A DNA stretch of 64,000 nt from an uncultured virus (IMG/VR IMGVR_UViG_3300025390_000006) (taxonomy: Duplodnaviria > Heunggongvirae > Uroviricota > Caudoviricetes): IMG/VR virus record IMGVR_UViG_3300025390_000006; one strand, 5' to 3'. Below are positions 63,666 through 64,000 of the stretch, one piece after another. The notes beneath the pieces are model-generated. The model saw nothing but the letters and a program-made list of their open reading frames with translations, made no database searches and was not told the origin of the DNA. The position numbers were made by a program, and so were the translations under genes. Numbering within the stretch: position 1 is the first letter of the stretch; the number at the start of each line of letters is the position of its first letter.

Positions 63666-64000
63666 CTATGCGTTATGGGTTTCATAATTGCGGATAACAA
63701 AACCGGATTGATCCCGTTTCGCTTTATGACCTTTGGGGGATAATCCAACAATAACACCCTTTGGATCAAGAAACCGTAAATCATGCTTATCCCCGTCAAT
63801 AACGGGATAACCTAAATACGTTTCCGGTAAACCGTGATCGAAAATGGCGGCAACATTGACCCCCCGTGCCAATAGCGCCCGCGCAATCGGTTCGTTTGTT
63901 TCTGATAGGCTGAAGGTTAAATGGTAATTAGGCGGCAATTTCCGGTTAAATCGGTTAGGGTTCTTTGTATAATCCAGAAATGGGATAGCAGGGAAAGCTT
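63666..64000 (-). CDS. Partial copy of the GP88-like gene (5' end outside the window)
   Basis: Identical to 4024-4358. Confidence 0.75.
   Translation of the reverse strand, partial: AFPAIPFLDYTKNPNRFNRKLPPNYHLTFSLSETNEPIARALLARGVNVAAIFDHGLPETYLGYPVIDGDKHDLRFLDPKGVIVGLSPKGHKAKRDQSGFVIRNYETHNA

Larger units (their letters stand above)
59898..64000. repeat. Long direct repeat, copy 2
   Basis: Matches 256-4358; the window ends at ...GGGAAAGCTT, equal to position 4358. Confidence 0.95.

Noticed and set aside
1..64000. tRNA, rRNA, alternative genetic code, host genes or att sites
   Set aside because: No cloverleaf or rRNA-like segment noticed by eye; long genes are intact in code 11; all content looks phage-like.

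Overview
The window holds one complete ~59.6-kb tailed-phage genome plus about 4.1 kb of a second copy (256-4358 is repeated at 59898-64000, offset 59,642). The virion looks podovirus-like: P22-type portal, adaptor and nozzle, long ejection proteins and no tape measure. A GcrA-like gene suggests an alphaproteobacterial host. Modules in order: small-gene array, split primase-helicase, divergent early genes (GP88-like, DUF932), a non-coding putative end region, terminase/portal/GroES/capsid, tail and ejection proteins, lysis (holin, spanins, GH108 endolysin), a leftward recombination operon (HNH, ERF, YqaJ, GcrA) and a rightward Cro/replication operon. No integrase, CI repressor, DNA polymerase, tRNA or CRISPR was recognised. 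The most striking feature is a tandem array of translationally coupled mini-genes built from two alternating conserved DNA repeats (ALKEGE*/MDIVERLR and EAADEIERLR). The variable half-gene modules between the repeats appear in different combinations, and the array differs between the two genome copies, with breakpoints at the repeats. Other leads: a promoter- and terminator-bounded, pseudoknotted ~230-nt ncRNA; a candidate -1 frameshift (G GGG GAG plus hairpin); a short xxGGx(V/I) motif shared by about six putative capsid-internal proteins; SD-in-loop hairpins with covarying stems; and a ~45-aa module inserted 7 times in the nozzle. All calls come from reading motifs by eye; no database searches were run.
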